A DNA stretch of 64,000 nt from an uncultured Candidatus Saccharibacteria bacterium (GCA_964520545.1 CAZFOD010000003.1:20728-84727); one strand, 5' to 3'. Positions 40,157-50,626 are shown, counted from the first letter of the stretch. Made by a program: numbers and translations. The notes: generated by a model not told the origin, from the letters alone.

Positions 40157-41947
40157 ATGAAAAAAACAGCTTCGACGTATAAGACTGAATGGGACTTTTC
40201 TGAAATTTACTCTGGATTGAACGACAAAAACCTGGAGGCGGATGTTGCGGCTATTGAAAAAGCACACACTCTTTTTGCTAAGAAGTATTCTAAGAGGGAA
40301 GATTATCTTACAGATGAAAATAAGCTGAGTATTGCTCTCAAGGATTACGAGAAGCTCCTCGAACAAATTGGTTCAACCAAGCCTCTTTGGTACCTGTACA
40401 ACATGCAGGCTATTGATAGTCAAAATCAAACTATTACTGCGTTACTCGGAAAATTTGAACCCCGCATCACTAAGGCTGGAAACCTTACATTGTTTTTTAC
40501 TTTGAAGCTAGGAAAGATTGATCGAAAGCTTCAATCGACATTTCTAAAAAGCCCGTTATTAAAACATTATAGGTATTTCCTTAAGCAGATATTTGAGACA
40601 TCGAAATATGACTTATCTGAACCTGAAGAGAAAATATTGAGTCTCAAGTCAAGAACAGCTAGAGATATGTGGTCTGAAAGTTTTAGTAAGCTTCTTGCTA
40701 AACAGACAGTAAGGCATGCTGGAAAAGATGTACCCATGGGGAGCGCCCTGAATTTGATTCAGCAACTTCCGTTAAAAGAAAGACACGAGCTACACACTGC
40801 ATGTATGAAGGTGCTCAAGGATATTTCATATTTTGCTGAGAGTGAGATTAACGCCATATATAGTGACAAGAAAGTTAATGATGAACTCCGAGGTTTCAAG
40901 GAGCCATACAGCGCTACAATTCTTGGATATCAAAATGAAGAGAAAAGCGTTATGGCACTGGTGGATGCTGTTACAGAAGGTTTTTCTATAAGCAATCGAT
41001 TCTATAAACTAAAAGCTAAGTTGCTTGGTTTAAAGAGTCTTAGATATGCGGACCGTGGAGTTGGTATTGGTCAAAACGTCAAGGAAATAAAGTTCGATCA
41101 GTGTTTGGACATCGTAAGAGAAGGGTTCCGAGATGTAAAAAAGGAATATTCAGATCAGTTGGACTATATGCTTCAGACGGGGAAAATTGATGTGTACAGC
41201 AAAAAAGGAAAACAAGGAGGAGCATATTGTTGGGGAGGTAGCGGAGTTCCAACAGTGGTATTTTTAAATTATGTACCGAGTTTAGATGCCGTCATGACAC
41301 TTGCTCATGAAATGGGCCATGCGATTCATTCAGAGCTATCAAAGAAGCCCTCTATAATATACCAACACTACACTATATCTGTGGCAGAAGTCGCCAGTAC
41401 CTTCTTTGAAAATCTTGCTTTTGAAAAGGTTTTTGCAACACTCACTCCTCAGGAACAGATTGTTGCACTTCACGATCGTATACAAGATTACATCTCCACT
41501 GTATTTCGACAGATAGCATGTTTTAACTTTGAACTCGATATTCATAGAATGATAAGAGAAAAAGGTGCAGTAACTGAAAAGGAACTATGCAAATTGCATA
41601 ATAAACATATGTCCGCATATATTGGACCTATAGCAAAGCTAAACGAAGATGACGGATACTTCTTCACCGCATGGAGCCATATCAGAAGGTTTTTCTACGT
41701 ATATTCATATGCTTATGGAGCTTTAATTAGCCGAGCACTATATACAAAGTACGTAGAAGATAACTCATACATTGAAAAAGTAAATTCATTTATGGAAGCA
41801 GGATGTACTATGAGTCCCGAAGATATCTTTAAATCAGTCGGAATAGATACCTCAAAGCCAGAATTCTTCAAGGAGGGGCTTAAGAGCATCGAGGCAGATA
41901 TCATACGCCTGGAGAAGCTTGCAAAAGCAGCAAAGATGATTAAGTAA
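40157..41947 (+). CDS. M3 family oligoendopeptidase (PepF-like)
   Basis: GKQGGAYC, HEMGH zincin motif, AEVASTFFE, FYVYSY. Confidence 0.92.
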   Translation: MKKTASTYKTEWDFSEIYSGLNDKNLEADVAAIEKAHTLFAKKYSKREDYLTDENKLSIALKDYEKLLEQIGSTKPLWYLYNMQAIDSQNQTITALLGKFEPRITKAGNLTLFFTLKLGKIDRKLQSTFLKSPLLKHYRYFLKQIFETSKYDLSEPEEKILSLKSRTARDMWSESFSKLLAKQTVRHAGKDVPMGSALNLIQQLPLKERHELHTACMKVLKDISYFAESEINAIYSDKKVNDELRGFKEPYSATILGYQNEEKSVMALVDAVTEGFSISNRFYKLKAKLLGLKSLRYADRGVGIGQNVKEIKFDQCLDIVREGFRDVKKEYSDQLDYMLQTGKIDVYSKKGKQGGAYCWGGSGVPTVVFLNYVPSLDAVMTLAHEMGHAIHSELSKKPSIIYQHYTISVAEVASTFFENLAFEKVFATLTPQEQIVALHDRIQDYISTVFRQIACFNFELDIHRMIREKGAVTEKELCKLHNKHMSAYIGPIAKLNEDDGYFFTAWSHIRRFFYVYSYAYGALISRALYTKYVEDNSYIEKVNSFMEAGCTMSPEDIFKSVGIDTSKPEFFKEGLKSIEADIIRLEKLAKAAKMIK

Positions 41948-42007
41948 GATCCCCTAATCCCATCGGAATCCTTCAAAAAATAAGCCTTTGTGTTATGATG
42001 ATGTCCT

Positions 42008-43849
42008 ATGAAATCCTCTGATATCCGTCAGCGATTCCTTACCTTCTTTGAGAAGCGAGGGCACGCAATCATTCCATCAGCCTCACTTGTACCGGAAAAT
42101 GACCCTACCGTGCTTTTTAATACCGCAGGCATGCAACCTTTGGTCCCTTACCTATTAGGTGAGAAGCATCCTCAGGGAACTCGATTGGCTAACATACAGA
42201 AATGTCTGAGAACAAACGATATTGAGGATATTGGAGACAATACACATGCTACTTTCTTTGAAATGATGGGTAACTGGTCTCTTGGTGACTATTTCAAGAA
42301 AGAAGCTATTGAATGGAGCTATGAATTGCTCACAAGTAAGGAAGAAGGATTTGGACTTGATCCAAACCGGCTATACATCTCATGCTTTGAGGGCGACGCG
42401 GCCAACAATATCCCAAAAGATGACGAAGCCGCTGATATTTGGAAGAGTCTCTTTGAGAAGAATGGAATAAAGGGAGAAAGGGTATATTTCCTTGGAGCAG
42501 ATGCAAACTGGTGGCCAGCAGTTAAAAAGGCTACTGATACTTGGACAGGACCGACCGGACCTTGTGCTGAAATGTTTTACGATGTTACAGGTACCTTAAA
42601 TCAAGGAATGACAAGAGAGGAGTACCTCGCTGCAGATGAAGCGCAGAAGGTTGTTGAAATTGGAAACGATGTATTCATGGCGTACAGAAAGGAAAATGGA
42701 AAGATTGTCGGACAACTTGAAAAGAAGAATGTAGATGACGGGCGTGGATTTGAGAGACTTGTGATGGTAATTCAAGGTAAAGACAACATATTCGATACAG
42801 ATATCTTTGAAGCTGTTATGGGTAAGATGGATGAGTTCATTTCTGATGAAACTCTAAAAGCAAATCCTGCAGAAGTTAAAAGGCTTAAGCGAATCATTGC
42901 AGACCACACTCGTACATCAGTTATGCTCATTTCAGACGGTGTTTTGCCCTCTAATACCGACCAGGGATATATCCTACGGCGTTTAATCCGTCGAGCAGTG
43001 CGTTTTGCTGACAAACTTGGCATGAAGCACGGCTCACTCTTCTGGATCGCTGATGTAATAGCTGATTCATACAAGGACGTATACAAAAACATTGCTCAGC
43101 AAAAGGAAACAATCAAGATTTCAATAGACAAGGAGGAAGAAAAATTTAGAAATACCTTAAAACAAGGGTTAAAAGAGTTCGAAAAGTCATTGGAACGAGA
43201 AGGAGGCTCAAAACTAACAGGCAAAGACGCATTCGTTCTCTTCTCTACATATGGTTTTCCAATTGAAATGACCGAGGAGATGTGTAAAGAACGAGGTGTA
43301 AATCTAGACACCGTGGAGTTTAACGATGAAATGAAAAAGCATCAAGAGTTGTCTCGTTCAGGCGCTGAACAAAAGTTTAAAGGAGGACTTGGCGACACAA
43401 GTGATCAGTCGGTTAAATATCACACCGCAACACACTTACTTCATCAGGCACTTCGTGAAGTTCTTGGTGAGCACGTTATGCAGAAGGGAAGCAATATTAC
43501 ACCAGAAAGACTTCGATTTGATTTTGCGCATACTGCAAAGATGACCGATGAAGAGAAGAAGCGAGTTGAAGATATTGTAAATGAAAAGATTCAGGCATCA
43601 CTCCCTGTGCAGGTAGTTAGCCTTTCAAGGGAAGAAGCTGAAAAAACCGGAGCTTTACACTTCTTTGGTGAAAAGTACGCAGATACTGTTACTGTGTATT
43701 ACATAGGCGATACGATTGATGCAGCTTTCTCAAAAGAATTCTGCGGTGGGCCTCATGTAAAGAATACATCAGAACTTGGACATTTTAAGATACAGAAAGA
43801 AGAAGCGGTTGCACAAGGTGTAAGACGTATCAAAGCTATTCTCGAATAA
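42008..43849 (+). CDS. alaS: alanine--tRNA ligase, short form lacking C-Ala
   Basis: DPTVLFNTAGMQ, HATFFEMMGNWS, ADHTR, editing HTATH and CGGPH. Confidence 0.96.
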   Translation: MKSSDIRQRFLTFFEKRGHAIIPSASLVPENDPTVLFNTAGMQPLVPYLLGEKHPQGTRLANIQKCLRTNDIEDIGDNTHATFFEMMGNWSLGDYFKKEAIEWSYELLTSKEEGFGLDPNRLYISCFEGDAANNIPKDDEAADIWKSLFEKNGIKGERVYFLGADANWWPAVKKATDTWTGPTGPCAEMFYDVTGTLNQGMTREEYLAADEAQKVVEIGNDVFMAYRKENGKIVGQLEKKNVDDGRGFERLVMVIQGKDNIFDTDIFEAVMGKMDEFISDETLKANPAEVKRLKRIIADHTRTSVMLISDGVLPSNTDQGYILRRLIRRAVRFADKLGMKHGSLFWIADVIADSYKDVYKNIAQQKETIKISIDKEEEKFRNTLKQGLKEFEKSLEREGGSKLTGKDAFVLFSTYGFPIEMTEEMCKERGVNLDTVEFNDEMKKHQELSRSGAEQKFKGGLGDTSDQSVKYHTATHLLHQALREVLGEHVMQKGSNITPERLRFDFAHTAKMTDEEKKRVEDIVNEKIQASLPVQVVSLSREEAEKTGALHFFGEKYADTVTVYYIGDTIDAAFSKEFCGGPHVKNTSELGHFKIQKEEAVAQGVRRIKAILE

Positions 43850-43889
43850 CTTTCGTGACGACAAAAAAATATTGCGGTACAATTACTAC

Positions 43890-45035
43890 ATGAGCAAGCA
43901 TGTTTCTCTTATTTGTTATATCGGCAACGGCATCGTAAAAGGATCTGTTGTACTGAATGAAAAGAATAAGCTGCCTGTAATCCTAGCTACCAGAGTTCGA
44001 GAGCTTCCATACCAAGAGTTTGTCGATAGACAACACCTCGAGTCTCGCGTCATGAGTGAGTTTACTAGCCTTATCACTGATATCAAATTCAAGGATTTAG
44101 CTGGAGCAAAATTCCGTGATGCATGCGTCATTCTTTCCTCACCATGGTATGTGTCTGAAACAAAGACGGTTAAGATAGAACACGAAAAACCTTTTGAAAT
44201 AACAGAAAAGATTCTTAATGATGCAGTTGCTTCTGCAGCTTTGGAATACTCCCAGAAACCTAAAGAGGGAATTACAATTCTTGAAAAGAATGTAAGTAAA
44301 TACTTTCTCAATGGATATCCGACAAATGTCCCCCTTAAAAAGACTGCTCAGCATGTAGAGATGTCTGTTTTCTTAAGCTTTTGCCAAACAAAAACGGTTG
44401 ATCTCATTAAACAAACCATACTGTCACACCTTAATATCCACGATACACAAATTCATTCTCAGTCACTTGCTGCTTTTGCAGCGGTTCAAGAGACTTGGAA
44501 AGACCTTGCAAACTACGTTTTAACTGACATTAGCTCTCAATTGACTGAGTTAATGATTGTACGGCAGGAAACTCTAGCTGAAGCAGCATCTTTCCCATTT
44601 GGAAAACAATATGTTTTAAAGGAACTTGGTTCAATTTTCAATACAAGTGGGGATGTTTCGCGCTCTCTTCTTGAGATGTATCACAAAGGTACAATAGAAG
44701 CCTCTTTAAAATCAAAGGTGGAGGAAGCAATTGCTATGGTAAAAAAGGAATGGCTTAAACCTTTCACAAATGCACTCTCTGAAATGTCCGCGGGATCTTC
44801 ACTACCAAGTCGCTTTATACTCTTTGCTCCAAAAGATGCTGAGTGGCTTTTCGCAGACTTTATTAAATCAGAAGAATATCAACAATTTACTTTTTCAGAA
44901 GGGAAGTTTGAAGTCTACGAAGCAAAAGTTTCTGACTTTGAACATCTATATGCACTTGCAGCAGGTGTCACACCTGACATTTCGTTAGCGGTGGGGGCAA
45001 TCTTCTTTCATAAAAAAATGAAAGGTGTAATATAA
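43890..45035 (+). CDS. FtsA/actin-like fold protein (divergent)
   Basis: IGNG.V, LNGY, DISSQLTE, PFG spacing reminiscent of FtsA; start moved to ATG 43890. Confidence 0.5.
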   Translation: MSKHVSLICYIGNGIVKGSVVLNEKNKLPVILATRVRELPYQEFVDRQHLESRVMSEFTSLITDIKFKDLAGAKFRDACVILSSPWYVSETKTVKIEHEKPFEITEKILNDAVASAALEYSQKPKEGITILEKNVSKYFLNGYPTNVPLKKTAQHVEMSVFLSFCQTKTVDLIKQTILSHLNIHDTQIHSQSLAAFAAVQETWKDLANYVLTDISSQLTELMIVRQETLAEAASFPFGKQYVLKELGSIFNTSGDVSRSLLEMYHKGTIEASLKSKVEEAIAMVKKEWLKPFTNALSEMSAGSSLPSRFILFAPKDAEWLFADFIKSEEYQQFTFSEGKFEVYEAKVSDFEHLYALAAGVTPDISLAVGAIFFHKKMKGVI

Positions 45036-45042
45036 TATCTAT

Positions 45043-46356
45043 ATGGTTGAAAAAAATACAAACGAAGAAGGTACGGGTGCTGAAAAGAAATCTATTCGGA
45101 ATATTCCTCTCACCAAAAAACAAACTCGAGAGCTCGAGAAAATAGAAGAGGCATTGCATGAGGGTGTTGTTCCACCATCTCCAGTTATGCCAGCGGCACC
45201 AACAAGAAGAACTACTGTAAGAAGAACTCCTCCTCGTATTGTAAATATGGATACATCAACTGTAAGCGCACGGAAGCGTAGCCCTTTGCGATGGATAGTG
45301 GTGGTACTTGTCGGTATTGTTCTTGTCTACGGAATAGGTCACATGTTTAAGAAAGCCACAGTTTCAATTACTCATTCAGAAGAAGTTGTGACACTTTCAA
45401 ACTCTGAGTTTGCTCTTATGCCTGCAACTACTACAATTGCAGGAATTCCAGCTGGAACCATTGTGTACCAAAAGAAAGCTTTCGACGTCTCAGCAACAAC
45501 TACAGTTGCAGCAACTGGTGTTCAGCAGGTTCAGAATAAGGCGAGTGGAAAACTTGTCGTATATAACGACTCAGCATCATCTCAACTCCTTGTTGCAACT
45601 ACGAGATTCCAAACCCCAGAAGGTTTAATATTCAGACTCAATAAAACAGTAACTGTATCTGCAAAGACAAATGTAACCGTTGATGTAACAGCTGATCAGG
45701 CGGGGGAAAAATACAACATTGGACCAAAAACTTTTACTCTTCCTGGTCTTCAAGGAACAGCAAAGGCTAAAACAATATATGCAAAATCAGCCGCTTCTAT
45801 GACCGGTGGATCTATTGGAACAGTAGCTCAGACTTCAGCCGATGAACTTTCAGCCTCAAAGGGTGCAATTCATGACAGCATCGAACGTACCGCTCTAGAA
45901 AAGGCTACATCTCAAGTTCCTGAGGGTTATGTACTCCTCAAGGGAGGTATGACGGTTGAATTCGGAGACCTTAAGCAGGTATATGATCAAACAACTAAGA
46001 CAGCAACGCTCTCACAGACTGCTCTTGCCACGATTTACTATCTCGAGAAGTTAAGCCTAACAGATGCAATAGCTAAGAAAAGTAGCGCTTTTTCAGCCTC
46101 TAAGGCTATGGTGAGTACGGAGTCTCTTTCCGCTGAAATTAAGACTCCGGTCCTATTAAATATCTCAGGTACCTCAACTGTCAGGGCTGATTTTGATGAG
46201 AATGGCTTAACCATGGAGCTTGCGGGTAAAACCCGATCTGAAGCTCTCTCTGTCGTAAAGGGGATTACGGGCGTTAATGCAGTCGAAGTATCCCTCAGAC
46301 CATGGTGGGAAAGGAGACTACCCGAGGCCGGCTCAATTGAGGTTAAAATCGATTAA
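45043..46356 (+). CDS. membrane-anchored protein with baseplate J/gp47-like domain
   Basis: TM helix, ASG.L.VYN, TRFQT..G..FR, VTAD.AGE.YNI, MTGG, P.W...LP. Confidence 0.55.
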   Translation: MVEKNTNEEGTGAEKKSIRNIPLTKKQTRELEKIEEALHEGVVPPSPVMPAAPTRRTTVRRTPPRIVNMDTSTVSARKRSPLRWIVVVLVGIVLVYGIGHMFKKATVSITHSEEVVTLSNSEFALMPATTTIAGIPAGTIVYQKKAFDVSATTTVAATGVQQVQNKASGKLVVYNDSASSQLLVATTRFQTPEGLIFRLNKTVTVSAKTNVTVDVTADQAGEKYNIGPKTFTLPGLQGTAKAKTIYAKSAASMTGGSIGTVAQTSADELSASKGAIHDSIERTALEKATSQVPEGYVLLKGGMTVEFGDLKQVYDQTTKTATLSQTALATIYYLEKLSLTDAIAKKSSAFSASKAMVSTESLSAEIKTPVLLNISGTSTVRADFDENGLTMELAGKTRSEALSVVKGITGVNAVEVSLRPWWERRLPEAGSIEVKID

Positions 46357-46409
46357 ATTGACACAATAGAGCCATTTCTGCTATAGTTTGAACACCTTAT
46401 ACATTACGA

Positions 46410-46640
46410 ATGGACACACCAAAAAACGATAAACCGGAAAAAAACGCTGTAAATGGAGTAGTCACAGAGGCTTTGCCTAACACGTTGTTCCGAGTAAGAC
46501 TTGATGGTGAGGAAAAGGAAATCCTAGCGTATTTAGGCGGAAAAATGAGACTTAACAGAATCCGAGTCGTTATCGGCGACAAGGTGATTGTAGAGATCGA
46601 TCAGTACGGTGGTAAGGGTAGAATTACAAGACGGTTTTAA
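46410..46640 (+). CDS. infA: translation initiation factor IF-1
   Basis: [20 protein letters not shown]...GDKV. Confidence 0.96.
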   Translation: MDTPKNDKPEKNAVNGVVTEALPNTLFRVRLDGEEKEILAYLGGKMRLNRIRVVIGDKVIVEIDQYGGKGRITRRF

Positions 46641-46784
46641 TAGGCGGTAGGGGCAAAATTGAGTCAGTTCTAGGAACTGATACCCCAGCTTTTTATTATG
46701 ACTTTACTTTTATACAAGGGTATAGTACGATAACACCTACGACTTTTCCGGTTTAAATTTTAGATTAAATTACAAACAATACCA

Positions 46785-46901
46785 ATGCGAGTTAAAGCTT
46801 CAGTCAAGAAAATATGTGCACAGTGCAAAGTAGTTCGACGAAAGGGCTACGTGTACGTAACGTGCAAAACAAATACTCGACATAAGCAGCGACAGGGCTA
46901 A
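46785..46901 (+). CDS. rpmJ: 50S ribosomal protein L36 (Zn-ribbon form; not in ORF track)
   Basis: [38 protein letters not shown]. Confidence 0.97.
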   Translation: MRVKASVKKICAQCKVVRRKGYVYVTCKTNTRHKQRQG

Positions 46902-46926
46902 CCTCAATTTCTAATACTTATCTATC

Positions 46927-47304
46927 ATGCGTATCCTCGGTATCACAATTCCAGACAATAAGAGAATCGAAATGGGTCTAACAGCTCTTTTTGGAGTAGG
47001 ACGATCTAGAGCTCACAAGATCTTGGATACAGCCGGCATTGAATACGGACGACAGGCAAAAGACCTTTCTGCAGATGAAGAAAACAAGCTTCGACAGATT
47101 GTAGAGTCATTTAAGCTCGAAGCTGATCTTAAGCGAGAAGTTGGATCAAACATTAAGCGATTGAAGGATATTAAGTCATACCGAGGTTCACGACATGCAC
47201 GAAAGCTTCCAGCTCGAGGACAGCGGACAAAGACAAACGCTCGAACACTCAAGGGTGTGAAGAAGACCATGGGTTCAGGCCGAAAGAAGGAGTCAAAAAC
47301 ATAA
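46927..47304 (+). CDS. rpsM: 30S ribosomal protein S13
   Basis: YRGSRH..KLPARGQRTKTNART. Confidence 0.97.
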   Translation: MRILGITIPDNKRIEMGLTALFGVGRSRAHKILDTAGIEYGRQAKDLSADEENKLRQIVESFKLEADLKREVGSNIKRLKDIKSYRGSRHARKLPARGQRTKTNARTLKGVKKTMGSGRKKESKT

Positions 47305-47328
47305 TAATTAATCATTCACGAACGACCA

Positions 47329-47754
47329 ATGGGTAAGAAACGAATTGTAAAGAATAGCGGCGGTGAGGAAGGTGCTCCAAAGGCACAGTCTTCTTCATCT
47401 AAGAAGAAGTTTGATACAGCAGTGCTTCAGGTACAGTCTACATACAACAACACTAAGCTTATCCTTACCGACACAAAAGGTAATGCTATCGCGTGGTCTT
47501 CATCAGGTTCTCTAGGCTTTAAGGGTGCAAAGAAAGGTACTCCTTTTGCAGCTGCTAAGGTAGGAGAAATACTTGCTGACAAGGCTCTCGCTATGGGGGT
47601 TAAAGAAATCTCTGTAATCGTTAAAGGAGTTGGCTCAGGCCGAGAATCATCTATCCGATCATTCGTGACTAAAGGTATTGGTCTCATCTCAGTCAGCGAC
47701 AGAACACCTGCTCCTCATAACGGGGTGAAGGCTAAGAAACCACGTCGAGTTTAA
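47329..47754 (+). CDS. rpsK: 30S ribosomal protein S11
   Basis: STYNNT, GFKGAKKGTPFAA, PHNG. Confidence 0.97.
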   Translation: MGKKRIVKNSGGEEGAPKAQSSSSKKKFDTAVLQVQSTYNNTKLILTDTKGNAIAWSSSGSLGFKGAKKGTPFAAAKVGEILADKALAMGVKEISVIVKGVGSGRESSIRSFVTKGIGLISVSDRTPAPHNGVKAKKPRRV

Positions 47755-47777
47755 TTTAATAAAACAATAAACGTATT

Positions 47778-48392
47778 ATGAAACTAGGTCCAAAATACAA
47801 AATAGCACGACGACTCGGGGCACCGATCTTCGAAAAGACACAGACACAGAAGTTTAAGCTTCAGTCTGAAGCTAAGAAAGGTCCCGGCGCTAAGCGTGGG
47901 GGAATGATGAAGACAGATTTCGGACGACAGATGCTTGAAAAGCAGAAGGCGCGATTTACTTATGGTATCTCTGAAAAGCAGTTTTCAAAGTACGTAAAGA
48001 ATGTCATCGAATCTAAGTCGCACACTCCTACAAACGAAGTATTCGTAGCTCTCGAAACTCGACTCGACAACGTGGTAGCTCGACTCGGTATCGTATCAAC
48101 ACGACGATTTGCTCGACAGGTCGTATCTCACGGCCACATTCTCGTAAACGGACGGAAGGTAACTGTACCTTCATATGTTGTTCGAGCTGGCGACAAGATC
48201 TCAGTTCGAGAAGGAAGCAAGTCTACTGCGATCTTCAAGGAATTTGAAGCGAAGATCAAAGAAATCCAGACTCCAATCTGGCTCACATGGGATACAGAAA
48301 AGAAGGTTGCTTCTGTACTCAAGATGCCTTCGATTGAAGGGCAGGACCTTCTGTTTGATTTGGGCGCTGTAATCGAGTTTTATAAGCGATAG
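47778..48392 (+). CDS. rpsD: 30S ribosomal protein S4
   Basis: EKQKARFTYG, LETRLDNVV, ARQVVSHGHI. Confidence 0.97.
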   Translation: MKLGPKYKIARRLGAPIFEKTQTQKFKLQSEAKKGPGAKRGGMMKTDFGRQMLEKQKARFTYGISEKQFSKYVKNVIESKSHTPTNEVFVALETRLDNVVARLGIVSTRRFARQVVSHGHILVNGRKVTVPSYVVRAGDKISVREGSKSTAIFKEFEAKIKEIQTPIWLTWDTEKKVASVLKMPSIEGQDLLFDLGAVIEFYKR

Positions 48393-48414
48393 TATCAATT
48401 TTAATAAATATTTT

Positions 48415-49389
48415 ATGTCAGAAACAACAATTGTATTGCCATCAAAGCCTCGAGTTATCGAAGAGAACGAAACACAGGGCCGATATGAGATCGATGGTCT
48501 TTACCCTGGATACGGTCACACACTTGGTAACTCACTTCGACGAATCATTCTTTCATCTCTCCCAGGTGCAGCTATCACTGGTGTAAAGATTGAAGGTGTT
48601 AGTCATGAATTTTCTACTATCAAGGGTGTTAAAGAAGATGTTATCGCTATCCTTTTGAACCTTAAGAAGGTTCGATTTTCTGTTGCTTCTGACGAAGCTC
48701 AGGTTCTTACTCTCAAAGTAAAGGGCGCAAAGAAGATTACGGCTTCAGACATTAAGCTTTCTGGACAGGTAACTCTTGCAAATCCAGATCAGCACATTGC
48801 AACTATCACCGACAAGGATGTTGAAATTGATATGGAAATTACAGTTGAAAAGGGAATTGGATATGTTTCAAAAGAAGTTATCCAGAAGGATCGAGTTGAA
48901 ATCGGATCTATCGCCCTTGATGCTGCTTTTTCACCTATTCTTCAGGCAAACTACGATGTTGAACAGATGCGAGTAGGAGATCGAACAGACTTCAACAAAC
49001 TCCGAATGTTCATCCAGACAGATGGAACTATCACTCCTCACGAAGCATTCGAGAAGTCTATTGAAATTATGATTACACAGCTTAAAGCTATTATCGGCTT
49101 CAAAGATGTTGAATCAGACATCATCCACCCTTCTCACGATGTCGCTATAGACGCTCCAGCTTCAAATGAGAACAAAGAAGCTCTTGATGATGTACTCAAG
49201 ACTCGACTCGAGACTCTTGACCTCTCACAGCGAACTATGAACGCTCTTGTAAACGCTAATGTTCGAACAGTAGGTGGCCTTATCCGAAAGAAGGAGAAGG
49301 ATATCCTCGAAGTAGAAGGATTGGGCGCTAAGGGACTCGATGAAATCAAGGGTATTCTCGAGACACTTGGCTTATCACTCAAAGCATAG
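48415..49389 (+). CDS. rpoA: RNA polymerase subunit alpha
   Basis: GYGHTLGNSLRRIILSS, HEFSTI.GVKED, alpha-CTD. Confidence 0.97.
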   Translation: MSETTIVLPSKPRVIEENETQGRYEIDGLYPGYGHTLGNSLRRIILSSLPGAAITGVKIEGVSHEFSTIKGVKEDVIAILLNLKKVRFSVASDEAQVLTLKVKGAKKITASDIKLSGQVTLANPDQHIATITDKDVEIDMEITVEKGIGYVSKEVIQKDRVEIGSIALDAAFSPILQANYDVEQMRVGDRTDFNKLRMFIQTDGTITPHEAFEKSIEIMITQLKAIIGFKDVESDIIHPSHDVAIDAPASNENKEALDDVLKTRLETLDLSQRTMNALVNANVRTVGGLIRKKEKDILEVEGLGAKGLDEIKGILETLGLSLKA

Positions 49390-49414
49390 TATAGTCTTGA
49401 AACACTTTTAAACC

Positions 49415-49765
49415 ATGAGACATCACAACGCAAACAGAAAATTTGGCAGAAAGACTAACATCCGACGCGCTTTGATGGTGTCTTTGGCTCGAGAGCTCTT
49501 CCTCCACGGAAAGATTGTTACAACTGACGCAAAGGCTCGAGAACTTCGACCTTACGCTGAAAAGCTCATCACTACTGCAAAGGAAGGTGGAGTTTCAGCT
49601 AGCCGAAAGCTTGCAGGTAAAATGCAGAACAACCCTATTGTCGGAAAGCTCGTCAACATGGTTGGTCCTAAGTACAAGGATCGAACAGGTGGATATATCC
49701 GAATCACAAAGATGGAACGCCGATTGTCTGATGGCAGCAAGATGGCTACTATCGAACTCATCTAA
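49415..49765 (+). CDS. rplQ: 50S ribosomal protein L17
   Basis: MRH...RKFGR, EKLIT, R.GGY.RI.K. Confidence 0.96.
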   Translation: MRHHNANRKFGRKTNIRRALMVSLARELFLHGKIVTTDAKARELRPYAEKLITTAKEGGVSASRKLAGKMQNNPIVGKLVNMVGPKYKDRTGGYIRITKMERRLSDGSKMATIELI

Positions 49766-49770
49766 CTATC

Positions 49771-50118
49771 ATGACAAAACACGTAATTGACGCAAAGAAT
49801 AAGAAACTAGGACGAATCGCTTCACAGGCGGCTATGATTCTCATGGGTAAAGATACTGCTGCATTTGCAAAGAATGTTGCTCCTGAAGTAGAAGTTGAGA
49901 TTGTAAATGCTTCAAAGACAGCTATCGATGAAAAGAAGAAGCTCGACAAGAAGTACATTACTCACTCTGGATATCCAGGTGGACAGAAGGAAGAATCTCT
50001 CGGTAATCTCATCGAGCGTAAAGGTATTGTTGAGGTATACAAGCGAGCCGTCTACGGTATGCTTCCTGATAACAAACTTCGATCACGAATGATGACAAGG
50101 CTCATAATTACAGAATAA
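49771..50118 (+). CDS. rplM: 50S ribosomal protein L13 (short form)
   Basis: IDA..LGRIAS, HSGYPGG, AVYGMLP. Confidence 0.95.
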   Translation: MTKHVIDAKNKKLGRIASQAAMILMGKDTAAFAKNVAPEVEVEIVNASKTAIDEKKKLDKKYITHSGYPGGQKEESLGNLIERKGIVEVYKRAVYGMLPDNKLRSRMMTRLIITE

Positions 50119-50129
50119 ATTTTAATATA

Positions 50130-50534
50130 ATGACCGCAGAAAAATCACAATACATTGAGGCAGTAGGACGACGAAAGACAGCAATCGCGCGTGTTCGTCT
50201 TACACCAGCTGCTAAGCAGTCAATTCGAATAAACGAAAAGGAGTTAGCTGACTACTTCAAGACTTCTGAACTTCAGCGTATGGCTCTTGAATCTATGGAG
50301 AAATCAGGTGTTACTCAGAAATTTGCCATTACAGCAAAGCTTTTGGGAGGAGGTATTAGTTCTCAGGCTGAAGCTGTTCGACTCGGTGTTGCACGATGCC
50401 TTGAAAAGTTTGATGGAACTCTCCGAGCTATCCTCAAGAAAGAAGGATTCCTTACTCGAGATCAGCGAGCTGTAGAACGAAAGAAGCCGGGTTTGAAGAA
50501 GGCTCGAAAGCGACCAACTTGGTCAAAGCGATAA
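50130..50534 (+). CDS. rpsI: 30S ribosomal protein S9
   Basis: GRRKTAIARV, GGG..SQA, ERKKPGLKKARK...SKR. Confidence 0.97.
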   Translation: MTAEKSQYIEAVGRRKTAIARVRLTPAAKQSIRINEKELADYFKTSELQRMALESMEKSGVTQKFAITAKLLGGGISSQAEAVRLGVARCLEKFDGTLRAILKKEGFLTRDQRAVERKKPGLKKARKRPTWSKR

Positions 50535-50540
50535 ACAACA

Positions 50541-50609
50541 ATGCCCCGAAAGGGGCTTTTGTTTTGGTGTAACAGAAACCGCCGAGTGCTTTCAAACACT
50601 CGGCGGGTA
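50541..50609. terminator. convergent terminators (r-protein operon on +, receiver gene on -)
   Basis: GCCCC-GAAA-GGGGC-TTTT; CCGCCGAGTG/CACTCGGCGG. Confidence 0.75.
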
Positions 50610-50626
50610 TGACTTCTTTGAGGTGA

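Noticed and set aside
45043-46356. Prophage suggested by the baseplate-J-like domain
   Set aside because: No capsid, terminase, tail or integrase genes; the protein is membrane-anchored among core genes
46785-50534. CGA codon reassignment or genetic code 25
   Set aside because: CGA falls at conserved Arg positions; TGA ends leuC properly and conserved genes show no in-frame TGA
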